A DNA stretch of 64,000 nucleotides from Candidatus Marinacidobacterium sp. (GTDB lineage: Bacteria > Acidobacteriota > Vicinamibacteria > Marinacidobacterales > Marinacidobacteraceae), in NCBI GenBank assembly GCA_965204755.1, contig OZ242011.1:3712001-3776000 (forward strand), given 5' to 3'. The first letter of the stretch is position 1; the number at the start of each line of letters is the position of its first letter. The notes under the pieces are model-generated. The model was not told the origin of the DNA and made no database searches. It saw only the letters and a list, made by a program, of their open reading frames with translations. Below, in pieces: positions 21,292-29,827 of the stretch. Made by a program: the position numbers and the translations under genes.

Positions 21292-21310
21292 CCTCGACTT
21301 CGGTCGAGGT
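21291..21310. terminator. Stem-loop between convergent hsdR and TRAP permease genes
   Basis: Perfect 8-bp stem ACCTCGAC-TTCG-GTCGAGGT (C-UUCG-G tetraloop); no U-tract. Confidence 0.5.
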
Positions 21311-21322
21311 GTGCCGCGCCGG

Positions 21323-23278
21323 CTACGGACTGGGCGGTTCGACCAGCGCCGGGGCTGGGGCGCGACGCGAGCGCCAGGCGATGATGGCGAACAGGAGGAG
21401 GCCCAAGAGGTTGGCTACGGCGAAGAGTGACCCGCTGTCCGGCGGCCAGAGGAGAAGGGCGGCGGCGAGGAGCGACAGGGCGCGGAGGGCCGGGCCGAGA
21501 GGGCCGAAGCAGAAGCCGGTGATCCCGACGGAGAGGGCCGCGACGACGGCGAGGCCGAGGACGACGGCGGCGGCCGCGCCCGGCAGGCCGCGGCCTTCTT
21601 CGAGGAGGAGCAGCAGTTCCGGGCGGTACACGAAGAAGTAGGGGAGCGCGAATCCGGCGAGCGCGAAGCGGAAGGCGGTGGTCGCCGCCGGGAGGATCGG
21701 CGTGCCGGCGATTCCCGCGGTGGTGTAGGCGGCGAGGGCGACCGGCGGGGTCACCATGGACATCATCCCGAAGTAGAAGATGAAGAAGTGGACGGAGAGG
21801 GGGGGGACGCCGAGCCGGCCGATCACCGGGCCGATCAGGGTCACCATGAGCAGGTAACAAACGGCGGAGGGCAGCCCCATGCCGAGGACGACCGAGCCGA
21901 CCATGATGAGCAGCAGGGCGGGGAGCAGGGAGCCGTCGGCAACCGACAGGATCGCCGCCGGGAAGCGGGTGCCCACCCCGGTGAGCGTCACCATGCCGAG
22001 GATCACCCCCACCGCGGCGGCGGCGGCCACGAGCGGCGCGGCGCCGCGGGCGATCCGGTCGAGGGCGGCGGCGAGCGAACGGAGGCGGGGTCGGGTGTCC
22101 GGGTGGAAGAGCGAAGCGACGACCACCACGGCGAGGGCGATGCTCACGGCGCGGAACACCGTTCGTCCGGCGAGGAGCGCGCCGAGCAGCGAAGCGAACC
22201 CGGCGCCGAACACCAGAGCGGCCGGCAACGGGGGCCGGTCGTCGTCGGCGCTCCCGGCGGACGGCGCCGGCGGCGCCGCGAGCGGGCGCCGGCGGACGCT
22301 GAGGTGCACGGTGAGGAGGAGCGCCGCGTAGTAGAGGATCGCCGGGAGCACCGCGGCCCGGATCACTTCCAGGTAGCGGACCGGCGGGTCCACCAGTTCC
22401 AGCATCATGTAGGCGCCGGCGCCCATCACCGGGGGCACGAGCGCGGCGCCGGAACTGGCGGCGGCGGTGATTCCGGCGGCGAGGCGGGCGCTGAAGCCGG
22501 TGCTCCGCATCATCGGGATGGTGAAGGAGCCGGTCGTCGCGGCGTCGGCCACCGCGCTCCCGGAGAGCGAGCCCATCAGAGCGTTGGCGAAGACGCTGAC
22601 CTTCGCCGCCCCGCCGACGGTGCCCCGGAACAGGCGGCGCGAGGAGGCGGTGATGAAGCGGATCGCGCCGGTCTCCTGCAGCACCGCGCCGAAGACCACG
22701 AACAGGAACACATAGGCGAACATCACCCGCAGGGCGATGCCGAAGACGCCCTGCGTGTGGAGGAAGCCCTGGGAGGCGATCCGCGAGAGCGGGTAGCCCC
22801 GGTGCGGGAACAGGAAGTCCGGGAGCGAGGGGCCGAGCGACGCGTGGAGGACGAAGAGGCCGGTGAGGATGGGGAGCGCCGGGCCGAGGGCCCGCCACGC
22901 GGCGATCAGGACCCCGAGCAGGCCGAGTAGGCCGAAGACGATGTCGGCGTCGGTCTCGCCGCCGGCGCGGTCGCCGAGCGTGCTCTCGGCGAAACCGCTC
23001 CACCAGAGGACCCAGGCGCAGCCGGCGGCGGCGGAGGCCAAGCCGACGCCGTCCACCACCCGTCTCCAAAGGGGGCCGCCGGGCGACGCGCGCCGGGCGA
23101 GGAAACTGAGCGGCAGCCCCAAGAGGCCGAACACGGCGAGGCCGGTCTGGGGCGAGAACGCCGGCCGGTTCACCTCGAACAGGACGAACCCGGTGAGCAG
23201 CAGGGTGAGCATCCGCGCGGCGGCCGCGGCGGCGCCCGCGCGCCGGGGGGCGCTCTCAGCGCCCGCTTCGCCGGTCAT
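21323..23278 (-). CDS. TRAP transporter fused (4TM/12TM) permease, TAXI type
   Basis: Highly hydrophobic; GGAAKVSV, GSLSGSAVA, TGSFTIPMM, PPVMGAGA, LGMGLP, VTPPVALAAY. Confidence 0.92.
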   Translation of the reverse strand: MTGEAGAESAPRRAGAAAAAARMLTLLLTGFVLFEVNRPAFSPQTGLAVFGLLGLPLSFLARRASPGGPLWRRVVDGVGLASAAAGCAWVLWWSGFAESTLGDRAGGETDADIVFGLLGLLGVLIAAWRALGPALPILTGLFVLHASLGPSLPDFLFPHRGYPLSRIASQGFLHTQGVFGIALRVMFAYVFLFVVFGAVLQETGAIRFITASSRRLFRGTVGGAAKVSVFANALMGSLSGSAVADAATTGSFTIPMMRSTGFSARLAAGITAAASSGAALVPPVMGAGAYMMLELVDPPVRYLEVIRAAVLPAILYYAALLLTVHLSVRRRPLAAPPAPSAGSADDDRPPLPAALVFGAGFASLLGALLAGRTVFRAVSIALAVVVVASLFHPDTRPRLRSLAAALDRIARGAAPLVAAAAAVGVILGMVTLTGVGTRFPAAILSVADGSLLPALLLIMVGSVVLGMGLPSAVCYLLMVTLIGPVIGRLGVPPLSVHFFIFYFGMMSMVTPPVALAAYTTAGIAGTPILPAATTAFRFALAGFALPYFFVYRPELLLLLEEGRGLPGAAAAVVLGLAVVAALSVGITGFCFGPLGPALRALSLLAAALLLWPPDSGSLFAVANLLGLLLFAIIAWRSRRAPAPALVEPPSP

Positions 23279-23341
23279 CGGCCGGGCGCCGGCCGGCTCG
23301 GTTGCCCGGCTCGGCGGGCGTCTCCCCGGAGGGAGCGGGGC

Positions 23342-24349
23342 TCAGGGATCGGGCCAGAGACCGGCTTCGGCGTAGAAGCGGATCGCTCCCGGGTGGAAGG
23401 GGACGCCGGTGTCGCGGACGGCGTTCCGCTCGTTGATCGCGCGGCCCGCCGGGTGCTTTTCGACCACTTCCGCGCGGCGCTCCCAGAGCGCCCGGGTCAC
23501 CCGGTAGATCAGGTCCGGGTCGGCTCCTTCCCGGGTGATGAGGTGCATGGAGCCCACATCGAGCCCGGCGAACTCCTCGTCCTGCCCCCGGTAGGTTCCG
23601 GCGGGGACCGCCGCTTCCCGGTAGAAGGGGTACCGGGCGATCAGGTCGGCCCGCGCTTCCGGATCGAAAGGAACGAGGGCGGTGTCCATCCCGGCGGTGG
23701 CCTGCACGATGGACGCGGTGGGGACCGCGCCGCCGAGGAAGGCGGCGGCCGCCGAGCCGTCGGTCAGCATGTCCACCGCGCCGCTCTGCGTGTTGTAGAG
23801 CGGGACGAAGTCCTCGTAGGTCACCCCGTGGGCCTCCACGATGGGGCGGATGAAGTGCTCGAAGCCGGCGCCGGCGACCCCGACGACGACCCGCTTCCCG
23901 CCCAGGTCGGCGATCCCGGCCACTTCGTGGCGGCGGGGCGAGACGAAGAGCGCCACATTCGGCGCGAGCGTCATGACCGCCCGGATCGGGTACGGCTGCC
24001 CCCAGCCGTCCTCGCCGCGCGAGGCGAAGTAGGAGACGGCCGCGTTCGAGAGCGCGAGGTCGAGTTCTTCGGCGGCCAGCCGGCGGATGTTCTCGCCGGA
24101 GCCCTTGGTGGCCTCGGCGGTGACCTGGAGGCCCTCGGCGCTCAGGACTTCCGCGAGCGCGCCGCCGACCACGAAGAAGGCCCCGCCGGGCGGTGCGGCG
24201 CCGAGGCTCAGGAACCGCTCCCGCTCCCCGCCGGACTCCCCGCCGCAGCCGGCGAGGACCGCAGCCAGAAGGAGCGGTCCGACAGCTCCGGGGGCGGGGA
24301 ACCGGCCCTTCGGGGCCGCCGGCCGCAGGGCCTCGGATGGCGTTGGCAC
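23342..24349 (-). CDS. TAXI family TRAP solute-binding lipoprotein
   Basis: LAGC lipobox; GAAPPGGAFF, EATKGSGENI, DLGGKRV, VPFHPGAIRFY. Confidence 0.92.
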   Translation of the reverse strand: MPTPSEALRPAAPKGRFPAPGAVGPLLLAAVLAGCGGESGGERERFLSLGAAPPGGAFFVVGGALAEVLSAEGLQVTAEATKGSGENIRRLAAEELDLALSNAAVSYFASRGEDGWGQPYPIRAVMTLAPNVALFVSPRRHEVAGIADLGGKRVVVGVAGAGFEHFIRPIVEAHGVTYEDFVPLYNTQSGAVDMLTDGSAAAAFLGGAVPTASIVQATAGMDTALVPFDPEARADLIARYPFYREAAVPAGTYRGQDEEFAGLDVGSMHLITREGADPDLIYRVTRALWERRAEVVEKHPAGRAINERNAVRDTGVPFHPGAIRFYAEAGLWPDP

Positions 24350-24414
24350 GCGGCGAAGCCTACCCGACCGGCGGCCGCCGCTCCCGGCCCTTGTGCCCGG
24401 TTCGTCGGCCCGGT

Positions 24415-25839
24415 TCAGACCGGTGGAAGTTCGTCGTGCCAGGCCGTTCGGGACTGGTAGGCGTGGGCCAGCGAAAGGAGCCGCGCCTCGGCGAACGGGG
24501 GGCCGTAGAACTGCATCGCCAGCGGGCGTCGGGGCGCCTCGGCGCTGAACCCGCAGGGCAGGGTGAGCGCCGGCAGGCCGGTCATGTTCCCGAGGAAGGT
24601 CGTTCCCGGCCGGGTGTCCAACTCGTCCGGGTCAGCGCCGGGAGGCACATCGCTCCGCGCTTCCGCTTCCGAGCGCAGCGGGTCGGCGGGAGCGAAGGCT
24701 CCCGGTACGACCATGACCTCGCAGTCTTCGAAGACCCGCGCCATCTCCTCCCGGAGGATGGAGCGCAGGCGCAGCGCCTTCAGGTAGTCGGCGGCGGAGT
24801 AGAACCGCGCCGCCTCCAGCCGCTCGCGGACGAGGGGATCGAGGGCTTCGGGCTGCTCGGCGAGTCGTTTCTCGTGGAAGGCCGCCGCTTCGGCCATGGC
24901 CACGATCCAGCCGGCGTTCCCGGCGAGGTGTCCGTGGGGGATATCGACTTCGACGACTTCCGCGCCTTCGGCCCCGAAGAGCGCGACCGCCGCCGCCACG
25001 GCGTCGGCGACTTCGGGCGCTGCTTCGCCCGCGAAACCTGACGAAGGGATGCCGAGCCGCAGCCCGCGGACTTCCGGGTCCAAGGCCGCCGAGTAGTCGG
25101 GGACCGGACGGGGAGAGGTGGTCGGGTCCTTCGGGTCCGGGCCGGCGATCACGCCCAGCATCGCCGCCGCGTCGCGGGCGGTGCGGGTCATCGGGCCGGC
25201 GTGGTCGAGCGTCCAACTCAGCGTGGTGACCCCGAAGCGGCTGACCCGGCCGTAGGTCTGCTTGAGGCCGATGACGCCGCAGGCGGCGGCCGGGCCGCGG
25301 ATGGAGCCGCCGGTGTCGGTGCCGATGGAGAGCGGGACCAGCCGGGCGGCGAGCGCGGCGCCCGAGCCGGAGGACGAGCCGGACGGGGTGTAGTCGGTCG
25401 CCCACGGGTTCCTCGCCGGGCCGAAGCCGGAGAGGACGCCGCTTCCCATCGCGAACTCGAGCAGGTTGAGTTTGCCGATCAGGATCGCCCCGGCCCCGTT
25501 CAGCCTCTCGGTGATGGTGGACTCGAAGTCGGGGACCCGGTCCGCGGTGGCGCGGGAGCCGTTCGTGGTCAGGATGCCGCGGGTGGCGAGGATGTCCTTC
25601 GGGGCGTAGGGAACCCCGTGGAGGGGCCCGCGGCTGCGGCCGGCGGCGATCTCCCGCTCCGCTTCCCGCGCCCGCTCCCGGGCGTGGTCGGCGGTCACCG
25701 TGATGAAGGAGTTCAGCGCCGGGTCCGCGGACTCGATGTGGGCCAGGTGGGCCTCGACCACCTCCACCGGAGAGAGGTCGCCGCGGCGGTAGCGCTCGGA
25801 GAGGGCGAGCGCGTCGAGACGGCAGAGTTCGGGGATCAC
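24415..25839 (-). CDS. Amidase signature family protein (AtzE/GatA-like amidase), no signal peptide
   Basis: GTG 25839 overlapping upstream stop; GPLHGVPYAPKD (Lys), GSSSGSGAA, GTDTGGSIR (Ser-cisSer-Lys triad). Confidence 0.9.
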   Translation of the reverse strand: MIPELCRLDALALSERYRRGDLSPVEVVEAHLAHIESADPALNSFITVTADHARERAREAEREIAAGRSRGPLHGVPYAPKDILATRGILTTNGSRATADRVPDFESTITERLNGAGAILIGKLNLLEFAMGSGVLSGFGPARNPWATDYTPSGSSSGSGAALAARLVPLSIGTDTGGSIRGPAAACGVIGLKQTYGRVSRFGVTTLSWTLDHAGPMTRTARDAAAMLGVIAGPDPKDPTTSPRPVPDYSAALDPEVRGLRLGIPSSGFAGEAAPEVADAVAAAVALFGAEGAEVVEVDIPHGHLAGNAGWIVAMAEAAAFHEKRLAEQPEALDPLVRERLEAARFYSAADYLKALRLRSILREEMARVFEDCEVMVVPGAFAPADPLRSEAEARSDVPPGADPDELDTRPGTTFLGNMTGLPALTLPCGFSAEAPRRPLAMQFYGPPFAEARLLSLAHAYQSRTAWHDELPPV

Positions 25840-26225
25840 GCCGGTCCGCCCTCGCCGCTCCCGCCGCCGGCGGGGGCCTCGGCGGAGAAACGGATCGCCG
25901 GCTCGATCCGGTCCTCGATGTCCAGGGCCCGGACCGCGCGGAAGAAGGCGTGGTTCATCCGGACCGCGGGGAGCAGGGCGGGGAGGCGATCCGGGGCGGT
26001 CGGCCGCGCCGAACGCGCGTTCGCCTGTTCGAGGGCGGTGAGCGTCGGCGGCGCGCCCGGCGCCGGCGCGCTGCCGCAACCGGGAAGGAAGGCGGCGACG
26101 GGCGCTGCGGCGGCGCCGCCGAGGATCGTCCGCCGGGTCAGCGAATTCGACGGGCGAAGCGTCGCCGGCTCCGGCCGGCGGGCCGTCCCGGACCCGGGGG
26201 AGGGCTCCGGGGTAACAGGCGGCAT
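25836..26225 (-). CDS. Small Tat-signal lipoprotein with AtzG/GatC-like C-terminus
   Basis: AGGAGG upstream; TRRTILGG twin-arginine motif, hydrophobic stretch, FLPGC lipobox; ends LPAVRMN..FRAVRALDIEDRIEPAIRF; GTGA overlap with the amidase. Confidence 0.7.
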   Translation of the reverse strand: MPPVTPEPSPGSGTARRPEPATLRPSNSLTRRTILGGAAAAPVAAFLPGCGSAPAPGAPPTLTALEQANARSARPTAPDRLPALLPAVRMNHAFFRAVRALDIEDRIEPAIRFSAEAPAGGGSGEGGPA

Positions 26226-26485
26226 GGGGGTTCCTCCTATCGGGTGGCGCCGCGGGAGCGGAAGACCCCGTCGGGCAGGGGCGATCCTCGGCGGCGGGTC
26301 GGAGGGCGGATCGTAGTCGTCGCCCCCGGGGCGGCGCCGGAGCGGAGCGCCGCGCGGGAAGACGGGAGGCGGCGGGCCGGCGGGGCCGCTCCCCGGCGGG
26401 TATCCTTCGGGGCGGCGGCGCTCGTCGCCGCGCGGCGGCCCCGGCCCCCGCGGCCGATCGAACCCGCCCGGCCCCTTTCCCCGGA

Positions 26486-27982
26486 ATGTTCCCCGTCCGC
26501 GAGACCCTCGGAGAACCGGCCCGGCGCCGGGCGCTCCGGCTCCTCGGCCGCTTCGCCGCCGGCGCGGTCGGCGGCCTGCTCGCCGGGAGACCCGTCATCG
26601 GCCGCGCGGCGGTCTTTTCCGACGCCGCCGTCGAGGACCTGGGTCGGCGGCTGCATGCGCTCCGGCGGCGGTTCGGCCTCCGCCGCGCCATCGGGATCCA
26701 GGTGACGGACCTCGAGACCGGGGCGGCGCTCTTCGGCCACAACCCGGATCGGGCCTTCGTGCCGGCGTCCGGCATGAAACTGCCGGTGATGGCCGCTTGC
26801 CTCCACTACCTGGGGCCGAGTTACCGCTTCCCCACCGAGTTCTTCCTGGACACCCCCCCGAAGGACGGGGTCGCGGACGGGCCGCTCCGGGTGGTGGGCT
26901 CGGGCGATCCCTCGCTCATCCGCCACGACCTGGACTTCGTGACCGACTCGCTCCGGGCGGCGGGGCTCCGCGAGATCCGGGGCGACTTCATCCTGGACGA
27001 CTGGTTTTTCGAGCCCCAGGAGACCGACCCGGAGTTGGTGCAGCGCCGCCGGCGCCGCCGGCTCCCCATCCAGAGCGCGCTCGGTTACCACTGGAACCGG
27101 CTGGAACTGGCCGGGGCGCCCGGCGACGGCCAGCGCCCGGACATCCGGGACGAGGGGTACGGCTACTACGAGATCCAGAACCGGATGGTGCTCCGCAACT
27201 CCGGTCGGCCCTACATCCTGGCCCGGCGGCAGCGGGGGCGGCGGATCCGGCTCGAAGGGCGCGTGCTGCGCGGCGGAGGGGAACGGGTGGCCCGGCTGGC
27301 GGTCCCCGAGCCGGCGATCTATTTCGGCCATGCGCTCCGCGGAAAACTGCGCGAACGCGGCATCTCGGCCCCGGGCGAAGTGCGCCGGCGCCGCCGGGGC
27401 GAGTCCTCCGGGCGGGTGCTGCTCTACCGGCACCGGTCCGCGCCGCTCACCCAGGTCGTGGAGGCGCTCGGGAAATACAGCAACAACTGGGCGGCGGAAC
27501 AACTGCTGTTCGCGGTCGGCGCCCACCGCTGGGGCCCCCCGGGCACGCTCGACAAGGGGCGCCGGGCGATCGAGGAGTACCTGGTGGGACTCGGGTTCGC
27601 CGCCTCCTCGTTCGAGATCGCCGACGGCTCCGGCCTCTCCCGGGACAACCGGTTGAGCGCGCGGATACTGGTCGAAGTCGTCCGCGACCTCTACGGCCAG
27701 CCGGAACTGAGGGAGGACTTCCTGTGCTCGCTGGCGGTCTCCGGCGTGGACGGCACTCTGGCGCGCCGGATGTACGGGGAAACCGCGGTGGGCCGGGTGG
27801 TCGCCAAGACCGGGAGCCTCGCGGCGGTGAGTTCCCTCTCCGGGGTGGCGTTCCCGCCGGGCCGGGGGCGCGCCCTCGGGTTTTCGGTGATCACGAACGG
27901 GATCGGGAACCAGTGGAGCGGGGACGCGGTGGAAAACCGCGTCGCCGGGGAACTGCTCCGCTGGGGCGAGACCGCCGACTGA
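26486..27982 (+). CDS. dacB: D-alanyl-D-alanine carboxypeptidase/endopeptidase (peptidase S13, PBP4)
   Basis: PASGMK (SxxK), GSGDPSL, YSNN (SxN), DGSGLSRDN, AKTGSL; RRRALRLL Tat-like N-terminus. Confidence 0.92.
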   Translation: MFPVRETLGEPARRRALRLLGRFAAGAVGGLLAGRPVIGRAAVFSDAAVEDLGRRLHALRRRFGLRRAIGIQVTDLETGAALFGHNPDRAFVPASGMKLPVMAACLHYLGPSYRFPTEFFLDTPPKDGVADGPLRVVGSGDPSLIRHDLDFVTDSLRAAGLREIRGDFILDDWFFEPQETDPELVQRRRRRRLPIQSALGYHWNRLELAGAPGDGQRPDIRDEGYGYYEIQNRMVLRNSGRPYILARRQRGRRIRLEGRVLRGGGERVARLAVPEPAIYFGHALRGKLRERGISAPGEVRRRRRGESSGRVLLYRHRSAPLTQVVEALGKYSNNWAAEQLLFAVGAHRWGPPGTLDKGRRAIEEYLVGLGFAASSFEIADGSGLSRDNRLSARILVEVVRDLYGQPELREDFLCSLAVSGVDGTLARRMYGETAVGRVVAKTGSLAAVSSLSGVAFPPGRGRALGFSVITNGIGNQWSGDAVENRVAGELLRWGETAD

Positions 27983-28031
27983 CCCGGTTCTCCGGACGGC
28001 GGATCCCGGCGCGTCGCGGGGAGCCCGGGTC

Positions 28032-29093
28032 GTGAGGCCGATCCCGGGGCTCGATCCGCCGGAATATGTGACTTGGGCGCCCGACCCGCAGGTCGTCCGC
28101 GAATTCGGGGACCGGGCGTTCGCGGACGACCGCCTGGCGGCCATCCTCGGGGGGACCGACGAGGACCGGCGGCTGGGGTTCTACGAGGGGCTCGCGCGCA
28201 ACCGGCTCCACGACCTGCAGTTGAAGCGCTGGGTGCGCTCCGGCGCGCTCTCGAAGGCCTGGCTCGGCCCCGGGGAAGAGGCCGTCACCGTCGGCGCCTG
28301 CCGCGCGCTCGGCGAGGGCGATGCGGTCGGGCCGATGATCCGCAACGCCGGCGCGGCCCACGAGCGGGGAATGCCGCTCTCCGCGCTCTTCCGGGGCGCG
28401 CTCGGGGCCCGGGACGGCCCGGCGGGGGGCCGCGACCTCCACTTCGGGGATCCCGAGCGCGGCGTGGTGGCGCCGATCAGCATGGTCGGGTCGCTGGTCC
28501 CGGTGATCTCCGGGATGGCGCTCGCCTTTCGGCTCCGGGGCGAGTCGAGGATCGGTCTCACCTGGGTGGGGGACGGGAGCGTGGCGACCGCCGGGTTCCA
28601 CGAGGGGATGGCGGCGGCCGCGGCGCTCCGGGCGCCGGTCGTGGTCGTGATCCAGAACAACCGGATCGCCTTGGGAACGCCGCTGCCCGGGGACGGGGTC
28701 GAGCGGCTCCGGGCCTCCGGCGGGCCCTACGGCGTCCCGCTCCTGGAAGTGGACGGCAACAATGTGCTCGAGGTGTTCGCCGCCGTCGCTCTCGCCCGGC
28801 GGACGGCGCTCGCGGAGTCCCGGCCCGTTCTGGTGCTGGCGCACACCTTCCGCATGGGCGGACATGCGACCCACGACGAGGGGCTGAGCCGGCGGCTCCT
28901 CCCGCCGGAACACTTCGAGTACTACGGCCGCCGCGATCCGGTGCGGGCGTACCGCGCGTTCCTCGCCTCGGGGTGGGATCGCGCCGACGTCTCCTGGCCG
29001 GCGGTCCCGGAGGACCGGCTCGCGGGGATCGAACGCCGCGTCGAGGCCGAAGTCGAAGCGGCGCAGGCGGAGGCGCTCGCCTCGGTCGGGTAA
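28032..29093 (+). CDS. TPP-dependent 2-oxoacid dehydrogenase E1 alpha-like subunit
   Basis: GEEAV, GRDLHFG, TPP motif GDGS...FHEG...QNN, VDGNNV, FRMGGHATHD. Confidence 0.85.
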   Translation: MRPIPGLDPPEYVTWAPDPQVVREFGDRAFADDRLAAILGGTDEDRRLGFYEGLARNRLHDLQLKRWVRSGALSKAWLGPGEEAVTVGACRALGEGDAVGPMIRNAGAAHERGMPLSALFRGALGARDGPAGGRDLHFGDPERGVVAPISMVGSLVPVISGMALAFRLRGESRIGLTWVGDGSVATAGFHEGMAAAAALRAPVVVVIQNNRIALGTPLPGDGVERLRASGGPYGVPLLEVDGNNVLEVFAAVALARRTALAESRPVLVLAHTFRMGGHATHDEGLSRRLLPPEHFEYYGRRDPVRAYRAFLASGWDRADVSWPAVPEDRLAGIERRVEAEVEAAQAEALASVG

Positions 29094-29144
29094 CTCCCGA
29101 AAGCGGCCGGCCGGGTCTGCCGGGCCGGTCGGGCGGGCGGCTCG

Positions 29145-29579
29145 TCAGTCCGGGGACTTCTTCGGGCGGCGCTCCACCGGGAAGTGGTTCAGGCCGAGGC
29201 GTGCGGCGGAACGGTCGGTCTGGTCCACGATGGCGGCGGCGTTGATGCCGATGGCGATCACGATCGCCTCGCTGATCTCCTCGCGGGTCGCCCCGGCCTT
29301 GATCGCCTTCTTGATGTGGCCGTCCAGGCACCCCTCACACTGGGCGACCAGCGAACAGGCGAGCGCGATGAGTTCCTGGGTCCGGGCGTCGAGGTGGGCG
29401 TTCTCCGAGAAATAGGTCTCCTTGTAGAACTGGCCGTAGATCGCCTTCATCCGCGGCTCCAGCATCGAGTACGACGCCGGGGGGCGGGCCTGCTTCCCGG
29501 CGCCGCCGACTTCGTCCGGTTCGTAATCGATGCCCGGGATGCGCGCCTCCGCCGGGGAGGGCGCCGTCTTCTTCGCCAT
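29145..29579 (-). CDS. Carboxymuconolactone decarboxylase/AhpD-like protein
   Basis: LDARTQELIALA..CEGCLDGH..A.KAGATREEISEA (CxxCxxxH). Confidence 0.88.
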   Translation of the reverse strand: MAKKTAPSPAEARIPGIDYEPDEVGGAGKQARPPASYSMLEPRMKAIYGQFYKETYFSENAHLDARTQELIALACSLVAQCEGCLDGHIKKAIKAGATREEISEAIVIAIGINAAAIVDQTDRSAARLGLNHFPVERRPKKSPD

Positions 29580-29827
29580 GCCGTTTCGTCCTGTCCGTAG
29601 TCCTGTCTGGATCGTGGTTCGGGTGGGGCCGCCGTCCCGAGCGCGGCCGGTTTCTCAGCGCCGCCCCGCCGCGGGACCCGCGGCGGCCCGTCTCGGAACC
29701 GGGACGATCCCGCGGAGGATGGCGGCGCGTCGGGGAAGCGAGAGTACACCGAACGCGCTCCGCGAGGGGAGGTTCCGTTCGTCCGCCGCCGCCTCCGGAA
29801 GAGGCGGCCGGGCGCCCGGGTCGGGGT

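Noticed and set aside
11278-21322. Integrative element boundaries around the RM operon
   Set aside because: No integrase, transposase or tRNA; the only shared flank sequence is a 6-bp CTGACC, too short to be meaningful.
24415-25839. Calling the amidase gatA and its partner gatC
   Set aside because: No gatB nearby, the partner has a Tat/lipoprotein signal, and the context is transport or catabolism.
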